DNA of 64,000 nt from Psilocybe cubensis (Eukaryota). Position numbers and translations under genes: made by a program. Below the pieces are notes generated by a model that saw only the letters and a list, made by a program, of their open reading frames with translations, had not been told where the DNA came from and made no database searches. Positions 39,660-51,490 of the stretch are shown here, in pieces; the first letter of the stretch is position 1; the number at the start of each line of letters is the position of its first letter. The stretch is from contig CM038999.1 of assembly GCA_017499595.2 (NCBI GenBank), forward strand, positions 992,001 to 1,056,000, in the 5' to 3' direction.

Positions 39660-40612
39660 TAAGGATATTATTGCTCTTTTGTCGATATTATCAATAAGAG
39701 TGTTGCCAGAGCCAGAATAGAGATGAAGAGTGTGCAGATAATTGTAGCAGGTTTTGCAGAGCAGCGTGTATAGATGTTTCCGCTGCCGCTTCCAATAGCA
39801 CCAGAGACAAGTGGACAAGTTTGAAGGAGACGAAGAAGCTTGAAAGCCAGTATAAAAGGCAAACGCCAGCAAGGGACCAAACACGCGAGTTGCACACAGC
39901 CTGGTGCTACAAACATTACCTATGATGGCATCGAGATTCGAAAAGTCATCCGCAGTGTATTAGGCAGCAGAGTCCATGGCAGGGAAAACACAGAGGTTGC
40001 AGCAAGATTGAGCAGTAGTAGTCTTCCGCAACATGCGCCTCTAAGCTTGCTCTGAGCCTCACGCTGGCGATCAAGTACTCGGCAAATGCCGTAAAATGCA
40101 AGTAAGTACCTCGAGCCTTCAGCTTTAAATAAGCGTTTTATCCGAGCTCGAACAAAGACTTAAAATTGCAAGAGGTTGCAAGTTTCATGGATGCATGACT
40201 TTAATACCACATACTGGTGAGGAATGAGAAAAATGAAGAGGGAATAGGTGGGTGCTCGAGCCAAAAAATGGAGGAGAAGTGTGAACAAGATTTGGCAATC
40301 TTGAACAGATCATTCAGTGTCTGGGGTACACTTGAAATTGAGATAACGGTTTACAACTGATGAGGTATAAAACAGTATTTAAAAAGTAAATAGAATATAT
40401 AGTGGTTAAATAGAAAGATAGAGACTTAGCCTACATGAACTTTCGGATGATTGATTGGTTGTGCAAACCCAGCCAAAAAGAGAGTTATAGGGAGAATACT
40501 TGAAATTACATCAAGATGAATCTCACTAGAATTTAAAGACCACTTTTTCAAAGATGTCGGGGGACAAATTTTATTGCGCCGCTCAAGAATCATAGTGAAA
40601 AAGAAAAAAGAA

Positions 40613-40723
40613 TCCTTCGAATCGGGATCGAACCGATGGCCTCGGGATTTAGTCACGTGCTTAGGCAACACATGATTCTGTTCACATTACAGTCCCACGC
40701 TCTTCCAACTGAGCTATCGAAGG
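40613..40723 (-). tRNA. tRNA-Tyr(GTA) with 38-nt intron at canonical position 37/38
   Basis: Minus strand CCTTCGA TAGCTCAGTTGGAAGAGCG TGGGA CTGTAA[intron]A TCCCG AGGCC ATCGG TTCGATC CCGAT TCGAAGG A; oligo-T Pol III terminator follows. Confidence 0.95.
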
Positions 40724-41303
40724 CTTATCAGATAGCTACTAACTGTGCAATATGGTTAGCGTCTGGGGAGTGCCGCCGAAATCAGTCACTATGGTCGTCA
40801 ACACAATCCAGAGAAGAGGTTTGAGAAAACCTTTCTTGTAACCTCCCGCACATATGCCATTTGGCAACATGACTGGCAATTGCCCGCCGTGTAATTCTTA
40901 CATCTTTCATTGGCGTCAATCATGTTCCTGGACATAAGAGGCTATCCAATGTATCCCCTCTTGAATGAATTGGAGATGTGATATTGTCATTCGCGATTAG
41001 AGTTGACGGGACCAGCCGGACATACAACGTGCACATTGCTCTGATCTGACTCGATCAGCACATCTCTTTGCTCTTTGTGTGTATAAAAGGGTTCTAGAAA
41101 GAGGAAGTTGCGGTCCTTTCACTATTCCACGTCGTCGTCGTTTGCTGCATCGCGTACTGTGGTGAGAAGTCGGCCAGAGGGATCCAGTCAAACGAATACA
41201 GTCATCGGCGTTATTCAGCACAAGGAACATCGTCTCTTTAAAGAGTTTTCTTAGCGTTCGAGTTAATACCCACAAATCTCAAGAGCTTCGTATTGGTAGA
41301 ATC

Positions 41304-43665
41304 ATGGGAGCGATGGATACCGAGATGAATGCCTCGTAAGACTCGTTCTTTCATCCATTCGCCGTGTACTATATTCACCTTGAAATCGATGTAATAGATC
41401 AGAGTCCCAGTCCCCGAATCACACCCAACCCACCCCCACACCAGACGACATCTCCGGTTTGAAACCGCGATATCCTGTCCCTGACCCCGAGCCCATTCCA
41501 ACACCTGTGCCATCACCACACCCTCACAATCCTACAACGCAAGCAGCCTTTGTACCCGATGACAGTGCTCAGGCACACCCGCTGCACCAAGATGAGCAGC
41601 AGGCACCGCGGGAGCCTACGGTCGATCCCCAACAATCAGCAGCAGACGTTGATCCTGCCGGGCAAGAGCCAGAACCAGAACCAACACATGACGACCCGCA
41701 TCGCCCACACACCGGCCGCTACCAGCCCTCGCATCCTGCATATCGCCTTTCTCGGTTCCAGCTGCGCAAGATCGCGAGCACGACTCTGCGGAGGATCGAG
41801 CTGGGGTATTATATCCCACCTTCTTCTCCTACGCGAGATACTGTTGGCACCAATGGCAATGGCGAGGCAGAGGCTGGAGGCAGCGACGCCGTGAAAGGAA
41901 ACGGGAAAGGAAAAGGGAAAGAAAATAGCCAGGTTGATGATACCCCCGAGGAGGATCGCAAGCCCATCCGCAGGAGGTATGATTTAGCAGTAAAGGTCGA
42001 CTGGACGAACGCGCACACGACGTATTGGGCACCCGACGCACCAGAACTCGGCGGACCATGGGACGTCGAGGAATGGAGCGGGGCAGATTTGGACCTTGAC
42101 GAGGAGATGGATGCGTTTGTGCAGCCCGAATCATATTCACAATTGCTGTCTACGTTCGACGGAAATAACGAGGAATCTCAAATGGACATGGACGATGGAG
42201 TGAAGCGCAAAACTAGGATCTTGGTAAAAGAATACTCCACCCTCGTAGGCGCGCGTAAATTGCACAACTATCTCCGTGAGCATCCTCCCGCGTCGGGGAA
42301 TACAACTATCGGTGTGCTCAACTTTGCGTCGGCGAAGAGGCCAGGTGGTGGATTCATTCAGGGCGCGCAAGCCCAGGTACGTTGACTTTCGATTGTACTT
42401 ATTCAATCATCTCCCCTTTTTTCCCTCTCTCGCGCGTTATTGAAATCTAACACAAAACAATTACATTGTAGGAAGAATCCATCGCACGCGCCTCGACACT
42501 CTACCCGTCCCTCATCTCCGAACCAGCAAAGCCATTTTACGCGCACTACACCGAAAACCCGTCCGATGCGTTCTATACGCATGCAATGGTGTACTCACCG
42601 CGCGTCGTCATCTTCCGGAACGATCGTGGAGCATGGATGCGGCCCGTCGAGGTGGACGTACTCACATGTGCAGCGGTGAACGCTGGGGAGGTGAGGAGGC
42701 TGGAGAAGGAAGCGAGGGTGGAGATGGAGCGCGCGCAGCAGGACAGAATTGAGTGGGAGGAGCAAATGGGCAAGCTTCGCGATCGTGTTCGAAAGGCGGA
42801 AGCTGCACGCGAGCTAAGGAGGCGAGAGGAGGAAGAGGCTGGTGAGAACGGGACTGAAATACGGGTGCGCATTGTTTCCAGGAAATTGAGACCTTCGGGG
42901 CATGTGATGGATAGGCCCACTACGCCGGAGGGCGACATTGAAACTACGTCGGCGTCAGAACCTACATTTTCATCGCGACCTTCGTCGCCCGCAGCGACCG
43001 CTTTCTCCAGCCCACGTACCACCGAGCTCGAGCTACAACCCGAAACCGAGCTCGAATCAGAACCGGAACCGGAATCAAAACCAGAACTTATCGACCTCAC
43101 TGCTACATCTCCGACCCCACCACCTGCACCTGCACCCGAACCCGAACCCGAACCTACACCCCTCCGCACCGCGCAGGAAACCGAACGCCTCATCGCCTCC
43201 ACAATGTACACCCGCATCGCCCGCATCCTCGCGCTCTTCAAACACGCCAACGCGCAGCACCTCGTCCTCGGCTCCTTTGGCACAGGCGTGTTCCAGAACC
43301 ATATCCCCGTCGTGGCGCATGCGTTCTGGGATCTGCTGTGTAGAGACGGCGCGCCGTTCGCGGGGGCGTTTGAGAGTGTGGTGTTTGCGATTTTGGGGAG
43401 TGGGACGGTGCGGGTGTTTAGAGAGGTGTTTGGGGTCGCCGCTGGTAGTGGTGAGGGTGGGGGAGGGGGTGACGATGAGGTGGATAGTGATGGGTTGGAG
43501 GAAGGTGATGTTGGTACAGCTGATATTGGTGTGGATAATCAATGTGAGAGACAGGACGGCGCGGACGGTTCGACTACGGTGCAAGGTGCAGATGCGCCCA
43601 GCGCCAGTGAAGAGTCATCTCTACCAGAAAAACTTGTGGACATGGTCAATGTGAATGGTGCTTAG
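41304..43665 (+). CDS. Microbial-type PARG / TIGR02452 (DUF2263) macrodomain protein B, 3 exons
   Basis: GVLNFASAKRPGGGFIQGAQAQ|EESIARASTLY with intron 42377-42471 splitting Q|EE; MVYSPRV, VDVLTCAAVNAG, LVLGSFGTGVFQN; TATAAAAG at ~41082. Confidence 0.88.
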
Positions 43666-44651
43666 GCGTCTTATTTCTTGATGTTCTGGGGGCTCGATAA
43701 ACTATACCTTACGTTGGGTACTTTAAATCCAACATCGGAGCTGCAATTAAGAATACAACCCACCGCAACGATATCGACATCCCCTTTCGAGGTTCAGAAA
43801 CTTTCGCACAAACCCATACCTTTGGCTGAATAACTTTTACTATTGCAGTCAGTAGCGAACGACCTTGGTTGTGTACCACACTTTCAGATTCGATTACAAT
43901 TACCACCTTCGAAACAACGTCTGTATCATGGAAGCAGAAAAAGAAGTGATAATACAAGAAAGAAAAACAAGGGAAACCGTAACCGTAACCGTAAAAATGT
44001 CATAATCATAATATTAAAAAGCAACCAAAGTGGTAATACAAAAGATTTCGAAAGGTGAATGGTGTTGTTGGGGACTACATTACTTTGCGGTGTTATACTT
44101 TGGGCGATCGTGGAAATTAGTGATTACAAAAAAGACAAAAAGAAAAAATAAATGAAATAGAATGAGAACGAAATATAAAGGTGGGTAAGAAAGGTTGCCC
44201 AGATTCTACGAGTAAAAAAATACAACGGGGCGTAAAAGGTCCATGGGAGAATTCATGAGCATGAGAGAGAAAAGACGTAAACCAGGGCAAGATCGTGGGG
44301 GGATGGAGGTTCGTGAAAAAAGGCAAGAAAAACATTAGATAGGCGTGGCAGATAAAGCAAGTCTTGACGCCAGTGCTCCAAATTCGAAATGAATAAAAGA
44401 GAATGATGGATGGCCAGGGCTGAGATATGACTTCCATGGGGCGAAAAAACACGGGGGCAAGGAAAGCTATCCGAGAGCGAAGAACATGCAAAGGCGAAGA
44501 CGAAGGTGAAAATCGAATCGGGGAGGATGGTCGAAAGGTCGTAAAAAGGTAGAAAAATCCAAAATGACAGATCATGGATGAAGGTAGAGAAAGATCAATG
44601 CGAGGGATGAAAAGATCGGGGCATCAACTTCCTGTCGTGCTTGCTCTAGCT

Positions 44652-45451
44652 CTAGTACACGACGGGGTCCCTCCGGCTTCTGTACCGTCCAAAGCTACCG
44701 CAGGCAGCGGTACAGAATCCGAGCAGCAGAGCAACGAGCGCGCCTAGCGTCAGCCAGTTCGCGTTTCCGTACTGCGACTCCTCTCCTGCATCGCGGTATC
44801 GCTGGCGCGCAATACCGAAGAGGATCATGTCAATGACCCAGGCGACAAAGGTGGTGAGCAGAGCGAGGCATGAGAACAGCGTCATCATGATCGCGCCGGA
44901 GCGATGGAAGTTGGCGGCGCCGCAGAGGCCGAAGAAGAATGCGATTCCTGAGAGACCCGCAGCTGTGGATAAGTGCAAAGAAGAAAGGAGAAAAAACGGC
45001 TGGTAAGTATGGAGACGAGACAACCGGAAACGTGTGAGGCTGACGCACCGATTGGATGGAGGATAAGAGTCTTGGTGAGATTGTGTAGGATTGTAGAGTT
45101 CAGGCGATCATTTCTGTTTCAACACCCATTATTGTGAGACAGAGAATGAAATGCAGAGAATACGTTAGTATCGGTGGCTGGTGGCAACGGCGAGAACGCG
45201 AACGTACGTAAAGTTGTAGCCAATGTTCGTTGAGCTCCCTGTGAAACCAAAGACTCCATATCTCAGCTGGTTCACCAGAGGTCCGACTCTGAGGAAGTAT
45301 ACTTTGTTCCATGTAGGAACAGATACTGATACCTGACGCAGAAAGTTTCAGCAGCGAGGTGAGGTTTGAGGGATCAGGTACATACGAAGATAAGGAGAAC
45401 CATTGCTGCAAAGCAGAAGAAGATTCCTGGGTACGCTGCGCGGGCTGCCAT
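44652..45451 (-). CDS. SUR7/PalI (Rim9)-family tetraspan membrane protein, multi-exon
   Basis: MAARAAYPGIFFCFAAMVLLIF|VSVSVPTWNKVYFL...YGVFGFTG; LTKTLILHPI|AAGLSGIAFFFG; WVIDMILFGIAR; YGNANWLTLGALVALL. Confidence 0.85.
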
Positions 45452-45921
45452 GGTGGGTTGGAAAGGAGGATGTGTGGTGAGTGGAAAGGGGAAGTGTGAA
45501 CGAATAGGAGGAATGGAGACACCCTTTATATCGCAAAGAAAAAAAAGGTCTCGCGCGTCATAGACATTTCAACTCCTGCATATCTCCCGTGGGAATTTTG
45601 ACGTAATGTAACCCAATCCTCCATCGTTTTTCCTCGCTGACGCTGCTACCTTCATGTTGCCCGCCTCTATTTCACCGCTTTATCGTCGAAAATGTATCCT
45701 TTTATCGCATATATTCAATCTTTGAGCACTCTATCGAATGAGAGAATCGGTCACAAACTACCAAGAAAGTACAACTCCAAACCGACTTGATAAAAACAAC
45801 CATATGACGTTTTTGATTGATACGTGAACAAAAAAAATATGACGGCGCTGTCTCCGCATACACATAGTAGGTTGTGGCGCTTTCCTCTTTCCAGCACTCT
45901 CGGCCTACGTTGACGGAGCAA

Positions 45922-46661
45922 TCACTGGGGTAGCTTTCCCTCCTCTTTCAATTTCTTGATCGCGGCGTCGCCAACTCTAAAGGCCCACATCCCCGACGGC
46001 GCACCGCAGTACCCAGCTACATGCAAAAGCGTCTCTCTGATCTCAATTTCAGTCGCCCCGTTATTCACCGCGCCTCTGTAAATCCATAATCAGTAAGGAA
46101 TGCTGTGCGATTCAATGTGCTGCGCAAATCATGCACTGCAAATTCAGCTGCGTACCTGATATGCCCTGTGAGCTAAGATAGCAAAACGGCGAGCATTAGC
46201 CTTATAATTGGGCTTAGGTAGAATACAGGAGGCTGACCTCTGCTTCCTTTCCTTGAGAGGCTAGTAAGGCTATGACTATCAGGCTGCGCTGCTTCAGTTC
46301 TAGCCCTGGGCGCGTCCATATCGTTCCCCACGCGGCCTAGTACGCGGTCGTAAATTGACAGCGAGCAATCAGAGGCACAAATAATACCTCAGTCACAAGT
46401 TCTTGCATTGGTTTCATGAATTCGGATACTCCCTATAGGTATGATTGGGAGATAAATCTGCTTTGCCGCGTTCTTGGAAAATCAATCACTTGCCGCCCTG
46501 AGCTGGTTATCGACATAGTCATCTCCCTAGTCGCAGTAAGGATATTCTCAGAGATCAGAGGGAGTCATATCAAGCATGATTCAAGAGCTACATACCATAA
46601 CCTTCCTCCTTATCACAATCCCCGCATCAAACAGCTCCTTGTGCGCGTCCTCATTCGACAT
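45922..46661 (-). CDS. Carboxymuconolactone decarboxylase (CMD/AhpD-like, PcaC-type) family protein, 6 coding exons; absent from the ORF track
   Basis: Spliced by eye: MSNEDAHKELFDAGIVIRRKVM|GDDYVDNQLRA|GVSEFMKPMQELVTE|AAWGTIWTRPGLELKQRSLIVIALLASQGKEAE|LTGHIR|GAVNNGATEIEIRETLLHVAGYCGAPSGMWAFRVGDAAIKKLKEEGKLPQ*. All junctions in frame. Confidence 0.88.
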
Positions 46662-47539
46662 CCCTTAACGATACTGCCTGATTACAACAACGCAAATGAG
46701 AGTAAGAAAAGTAAATCGGACGTGGACGTCGAGCGTGAACAAGATAATATGACCTTTGGGAGTATCTATCAACCTAGTTTTCACACTCGAGTGCTTCGTG
46801 ATACCGGCGGGAGCCCTCGCCAGCCCCTATTCCCGTGCAATGTGAATCACGCGCTCGCGCAGTGGGTGTGTTCGGCCCGAAGATATCTGAGTTTCAAATG
46901 TATGGGTTGTACCGACCCTGCGCTCGAGCCATGTGGAGAGCCTAGACCACATTGGGCAGGCAAGTGATGGCAGTGGTAGATAACTCGAGGGCAAGCTCAA
47001 GCTGGAGTTTGACCATTTCATTGCCTTGAAAACATACGCTCATGCACAAGTCAGATGAATTTAACTCGAACCTAAAATTAATCGCGGTGTCCAACAAGAA
47101 TAGTAGCCCTCTGAATCTAGTATACGTAGTTTCACATTATAATCTACGCAGTCCGCAGTTTAGGTCTTTTTAGCCTACAATTTCGACAGATTCAGGATTG
47201 TAATATATCAAATACACTTTTTGAAATCTTCAATGAAATATAACTATTCTGGTATACATTTGTTGAAGCCCTGCAACCTATGCTTGATGCAGCTGCTCGC
47301 AGAAAGCACCTAACCAGCAGGTGTTCCGCTCATGTCTCAGACGTACCAACTACCAAAAGAATGTAACAGAAAAAACCTACTATGAGGCCGATCTACTAGC
47401 TTCATCGCCCCAAGGTAGACAACGCATAACACGATCGATGCTGAGGTAAAACTAGTTCCGAACCAAAAGTGAGTTGTAGAGAACAGGCTTTCACATTGGA
47501 AGACAATGATGCTATGTAGTAGAAACAAAAAACGAAGTT

Positions 47540-47611
47540 TAGCAGCAACTCGTTTCGATCGAGTGACCTCGGGGTTATGGGCCCCGCGCGCTACCACTGC
47601 GCCATGCTGCT
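47540..47611 (-). tRNA. Initiator tRNA-Met(CAT), intronless
   Basis: AGCAGCA...TGCTGCT A (A1:U72), anticodon arm CGGGG CCCATAA CCCCG, T-loop GATCGAAAC (A54/A60) diagnostic of eukaryotic initiator; T-run downstream. Confidence 0.95.
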
Positions 47612-48035
47612 ATGTACTAGATTGCCAAATACGTGTATTCAACGACAAATTGAAAGGAATGGACAGGTGGATGCACGGACCAACAGCTTTCAATTTCCTT
47701 GCAGCCCACCGAGCTACAGTACCACTCTTCCATATCCAACAAGGTCAAACGCCATTTTAGACGTGCCACTAGGTATAATTGCTGAAGCAACCGAGCTTCG
47801 AAGTAGACTAAAATTGACCATGGAGACCACCCACGGACTCATGATAACCGGCCCTCCTGGATTGACCTTCTCATGCCCTCTCAGGTGCCCTTTATGTGGG
47901 GCTCTCTTGGTCTAAAAACGATACTGAATCTATGTCTGGATTCTCAAATTCGATTCCCATATTTTACAAGCGGTACACCACGACGATCAACGAGTGACGC
48001 AACGAATTGGGTCAAGGATCGAGCGAACATTGAGC

Positions 48036-49413
48036 ATGGAATCTGTTCAGGCAACGCATGAGTATCCTAAACGGCTTGGATGGATTGGACTTGGAGCCAT
48101 GGGATTTCCAATGGCATTGCGGATTGCGCAATGCGTGGAAGAGGAGGGATTTACACTGTCGATATACGATATCGATACAAATGCGATGGATAGGTTCGTT
48201 GAGTCGGTGGACAATGCGCGTCGCGGTGAACATGCCGGTCCTGGTGTGGAAATCCGACACATGGGATGTGCGAGGGAGGTGGCTGAGAATTCGGTGCGTT
48301 TTGGTCATCCATAGAATACTTGAAAAACAATTTTGTGTATTGATACTACGCCTTTATAGGATTGTATTATAACCATCGTACCGGAAGGTACGCCCACCCT
48401 GAACTAATCATGTTAGTTACACGCTCATCTGAGTAAACGCGCCTTCAGGAGCGCATGTAAAAGCAGTGTTCCTCACTCCGGACACGGGTCTGCTCGCAGC
48501 GATCGACATCTCCGGAAAGATATTCATCGACTGGTATGTCATTTTAAACGAGATATTGACCAATGACCTTTCCTAACACAGTCATTCCAGCTCAACAATT
48601 GATATCGCAACCTCCCAACTCATAAACGAATCCATATCTGCTGTTTACACCTCTAACCTGCAATCGAAAGAACAGGTATCACCACCCCAGCCACCACACT
48701 TCTTTGATGCCCCGGTATCAGGAGGCACCGCGCGCGCCCTGTCTGGTACATTGACAATCATGCTGGGCGCGTCATCCTCGTCCCCACTCCTCCCAATCAT
48801 AACGAAGCTTCTCGCCCCGCTAACCTCTCATCCGGGGTCTCTTCAGGCTCTAGGTGGACCCACTCTTGGGTTAGCAGCGAAGCTCAGTAACAATTATCTG
48901 AGCGGTTTGATTGCACTGGCGACGAGCGAGGCTATGAATTTGGGCATGCGGATGGGAGTAGACCCTGTTGTGCTTCAACGATGCTTCAAAGGAAGCAGTG
49001 GTGCGAGCTGGGTGAATGAGGCCGTCAATCCTGTTCCTGGAGTGTGTCCGGACGCAGTCACCAGCAAAGGGTATGAAGGAGGATTCAAGGTGAGATATCC
49101 AAGTGCAACGGAGACGATTTTTTCTATTTACGTCTGGGCGTAGATTCAGCTCATGAAGAAAGATATGGGGCTTGCTGTGGCTGCTGCAAAGCAGGTGGGC
49201 GCTAACCTCGTATTGGCGGACGCTGGACTTGCAGCGTATTCGGCAGCAGCTGACGACCCTCGATGTCGCGATCGTGACTCGAGGGTGATATACAGATGGC
49301 AAGTACACTTTGGATTTCTTTGCTGTTATCGTTGAACTCATTAAAACGCTTTGCGAACGCATATTCTCTTAACCAGGCTGGGAGGGATTGAGCCTGAGGT
49401 CAACCCTCACTAA
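48036..49413 (+). CDS. Beta-hydroxyacid dehydrogenase (3-hydroxyisobutyrate dehydrogenase-like), multi-exon
   Basis: GWIGLGAMGFPMA, FIDCSTID, FDAPVSGGTARA, catalytic Lys AAKLSNNY, NPVPGVCP, YEGGFKIQLMKKDMGLA. Confidence 0.9.
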
Positions 49414-49662
49414 ACAGGATAGATATAGTCGGAAACATGACGAGCAAATGTCCTCACGTCTGGTTCACATAGCTTCATGTGATCTTGCCTTCCTTTACTG
49501 ATAACGCGTTGACTTTAAATATCCCCCTTCCGTTTTATGCCTGGAAATCTGATTAGAAAATAGTTCCCAAGTCTTCCGGCTGAGGGTGATATTTGAAGCG
49601 TACATGAGTGGTTCACAATAAAAAAGAAGCTATAGCAGATTATTTTCACCCCTCTGAGGATC

Positions 49663-51073
49663 ATGGCCGCACGCTCAGTGTTTGACGATGTAACATTTCC
49701 ATCTTTTTCAGAACTACCCTTCCGTCAGGGTGACCCTGAAGGCCAGTAACTGTTCTTACCTGACAGTTATAAAATCTAACGTATAGTTCCTTCCACAGGT
49801 GCCATTTGGGGATTCTACGAGCACCTCTCAAATTCTGAAACCAAAGACGAACTCGGCTCTCTGAACCTCCTCACGCCATCTCGGATTCTTCGCGCATCCC
49901 AGAACGAAATCAAGTTAGGACGAGTATGTAGCTTGAATTGGGAGGTTCATAAACCTCACCCGGCCGGGTACGCAAGAAAGGGTTTGGACCACCGCGTCTT
50001 TCGAATGACGGCTGTGGGTGCAACGACGGTGGTTGACGACGAGGTCAGCATGAACACTCAATGCGGCTCGCAGTGGGATGGGCTCAAACATTGGAGCTAC
50101 TACAAAACGCGTGCGTGATGATTTTGCCACATCGATGGTGATTTTGGTAAATTCAAAGTGCACAATGCACTGTGACAGGCCAATTCTATAATGGACTCCC
50201 TGCTGAGGAGGTATTGGACGAGAATGGTAATGGTACAGCAAATGCGTTCGACAAGCCGATGAGAAATGGAATTCATGGTGAGAATTATACGCATTACTCC
50301 TTGGAAAATCAAGACTGACCCTGAATTCAACAGCTTTCCAAGGCAAAATTGTTGGCCGTGGTGTTCTCCTTGACTATTACTCTTTTGCCATTGAAAAGGG
50401 GATCTCTTTCGCCCCTTACAAACATAACTTTGTTACGGCAGATGATTTAGATGAGTGTGCAAAGGCTCAAAATGTGACATTCGAGCAAGGGGACATCCTC
50501 TTCATCCGAATGGGATTTGTACACTGGTACGAAAATGCCACTGATGAAGAGAGGAAGGTTGCGTTGAAGCCGCCCACCAACGCAATAGGGGTAAAACAAG
50601 GTCTGAAGGAAGTCGAATGGCTTTGGTATGATGAACTCCATATCTTTCCACCATGGTTTGGAAGGAGAATTTGATTAATCTGAAATGCCACAGGGACCAC
50701 CATTTTGCTGCTGTAGCCTCGGATACACCTGCTTTTGAAGCAAGGCCTAATAAACTGGAATGGAATCTCCATGACTACTTGATAGCGCTCTGGGGTGTAA
50801 GTCCTTGCCAATCCCGACAAAATATGGCATGCTACGACACTGACGGGATACCTTGGTTTCCTACACCTGTTCTAGACACCCATGGGAGAACTATTTGACT
50901 TGGAAGAGCTGAGCAATACATGCAAAGAACTCGGTCGTTACTCCTTCTTTGTCACATCGAGTCCTCTCAACGTTGTCAACGGAATTGCAAGTCCTCCAAA
51001 GTACGGCATGTTTTCTTCTTGCCTTGGAATACAGAGAAACTTACTTCGAAACAGTGCATTGGCGATTTTCTAA
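49663..51073 (+). CDS. Putative cyclase family (kynurenine-formamidase-like metal-dependent hydrolase), multi-exon
   Basis: DELGSLNLLTP, DDEVSMNTQCGSQWDGLKHW, IVGRGVLLDY, GDILFIRMG, AVASDTPAFE, LIALWGTPMGELFDLEEL, SPLNVVNGIASPPNALAIF. Confidence 0.9.
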
Positions 51074-51490
51074 CCGAATGACGACATCGGCGATCTCAGG
51101 CTCCTAGCATAGTACAGTTCTTACCATTTGATCCGCGGCAACTTGAAACTTGAAATCATTTTCTTTACCTTACGTAGGTAATGCAAAGGGTAATAGATTC
51201 AATCATCTCTCGGTGTCTACTAAAGACCCTGAGCATTTAATCAATTATAATGTGCGGAGATCAACGAGGTTGAGAACATTTTGATGTGAAATGGTAATAA
51301 GCGCCCACGCCTTGCCATTTCTAGAGGCATCCTCTCATGTCAGTTGTCAGAGGAGATGGGTGGAGACAATGGAGTGTTCATAAATATGTTCAAATTACAC
51401 TGTACATGAGATTGCCTTTATTGATTAGATCACAAATTTAGGGCACAACGCATTTTCCATAAACAAGTCACTATGACTCTGAGGGGACCT

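Noticed and set aside
39660-39884. N-terminal extension of PARG A in the ORF track (623 aa)
   Set aside because: Begins at a non-ATG codon; first ATG is 39659 and the extension looks like UTR.
46416-46967. 183-aa plus-strand ORF
   Set aside because: Antisense shadow of the spliced CMD gene on the minus strand; no recognisable motifs.
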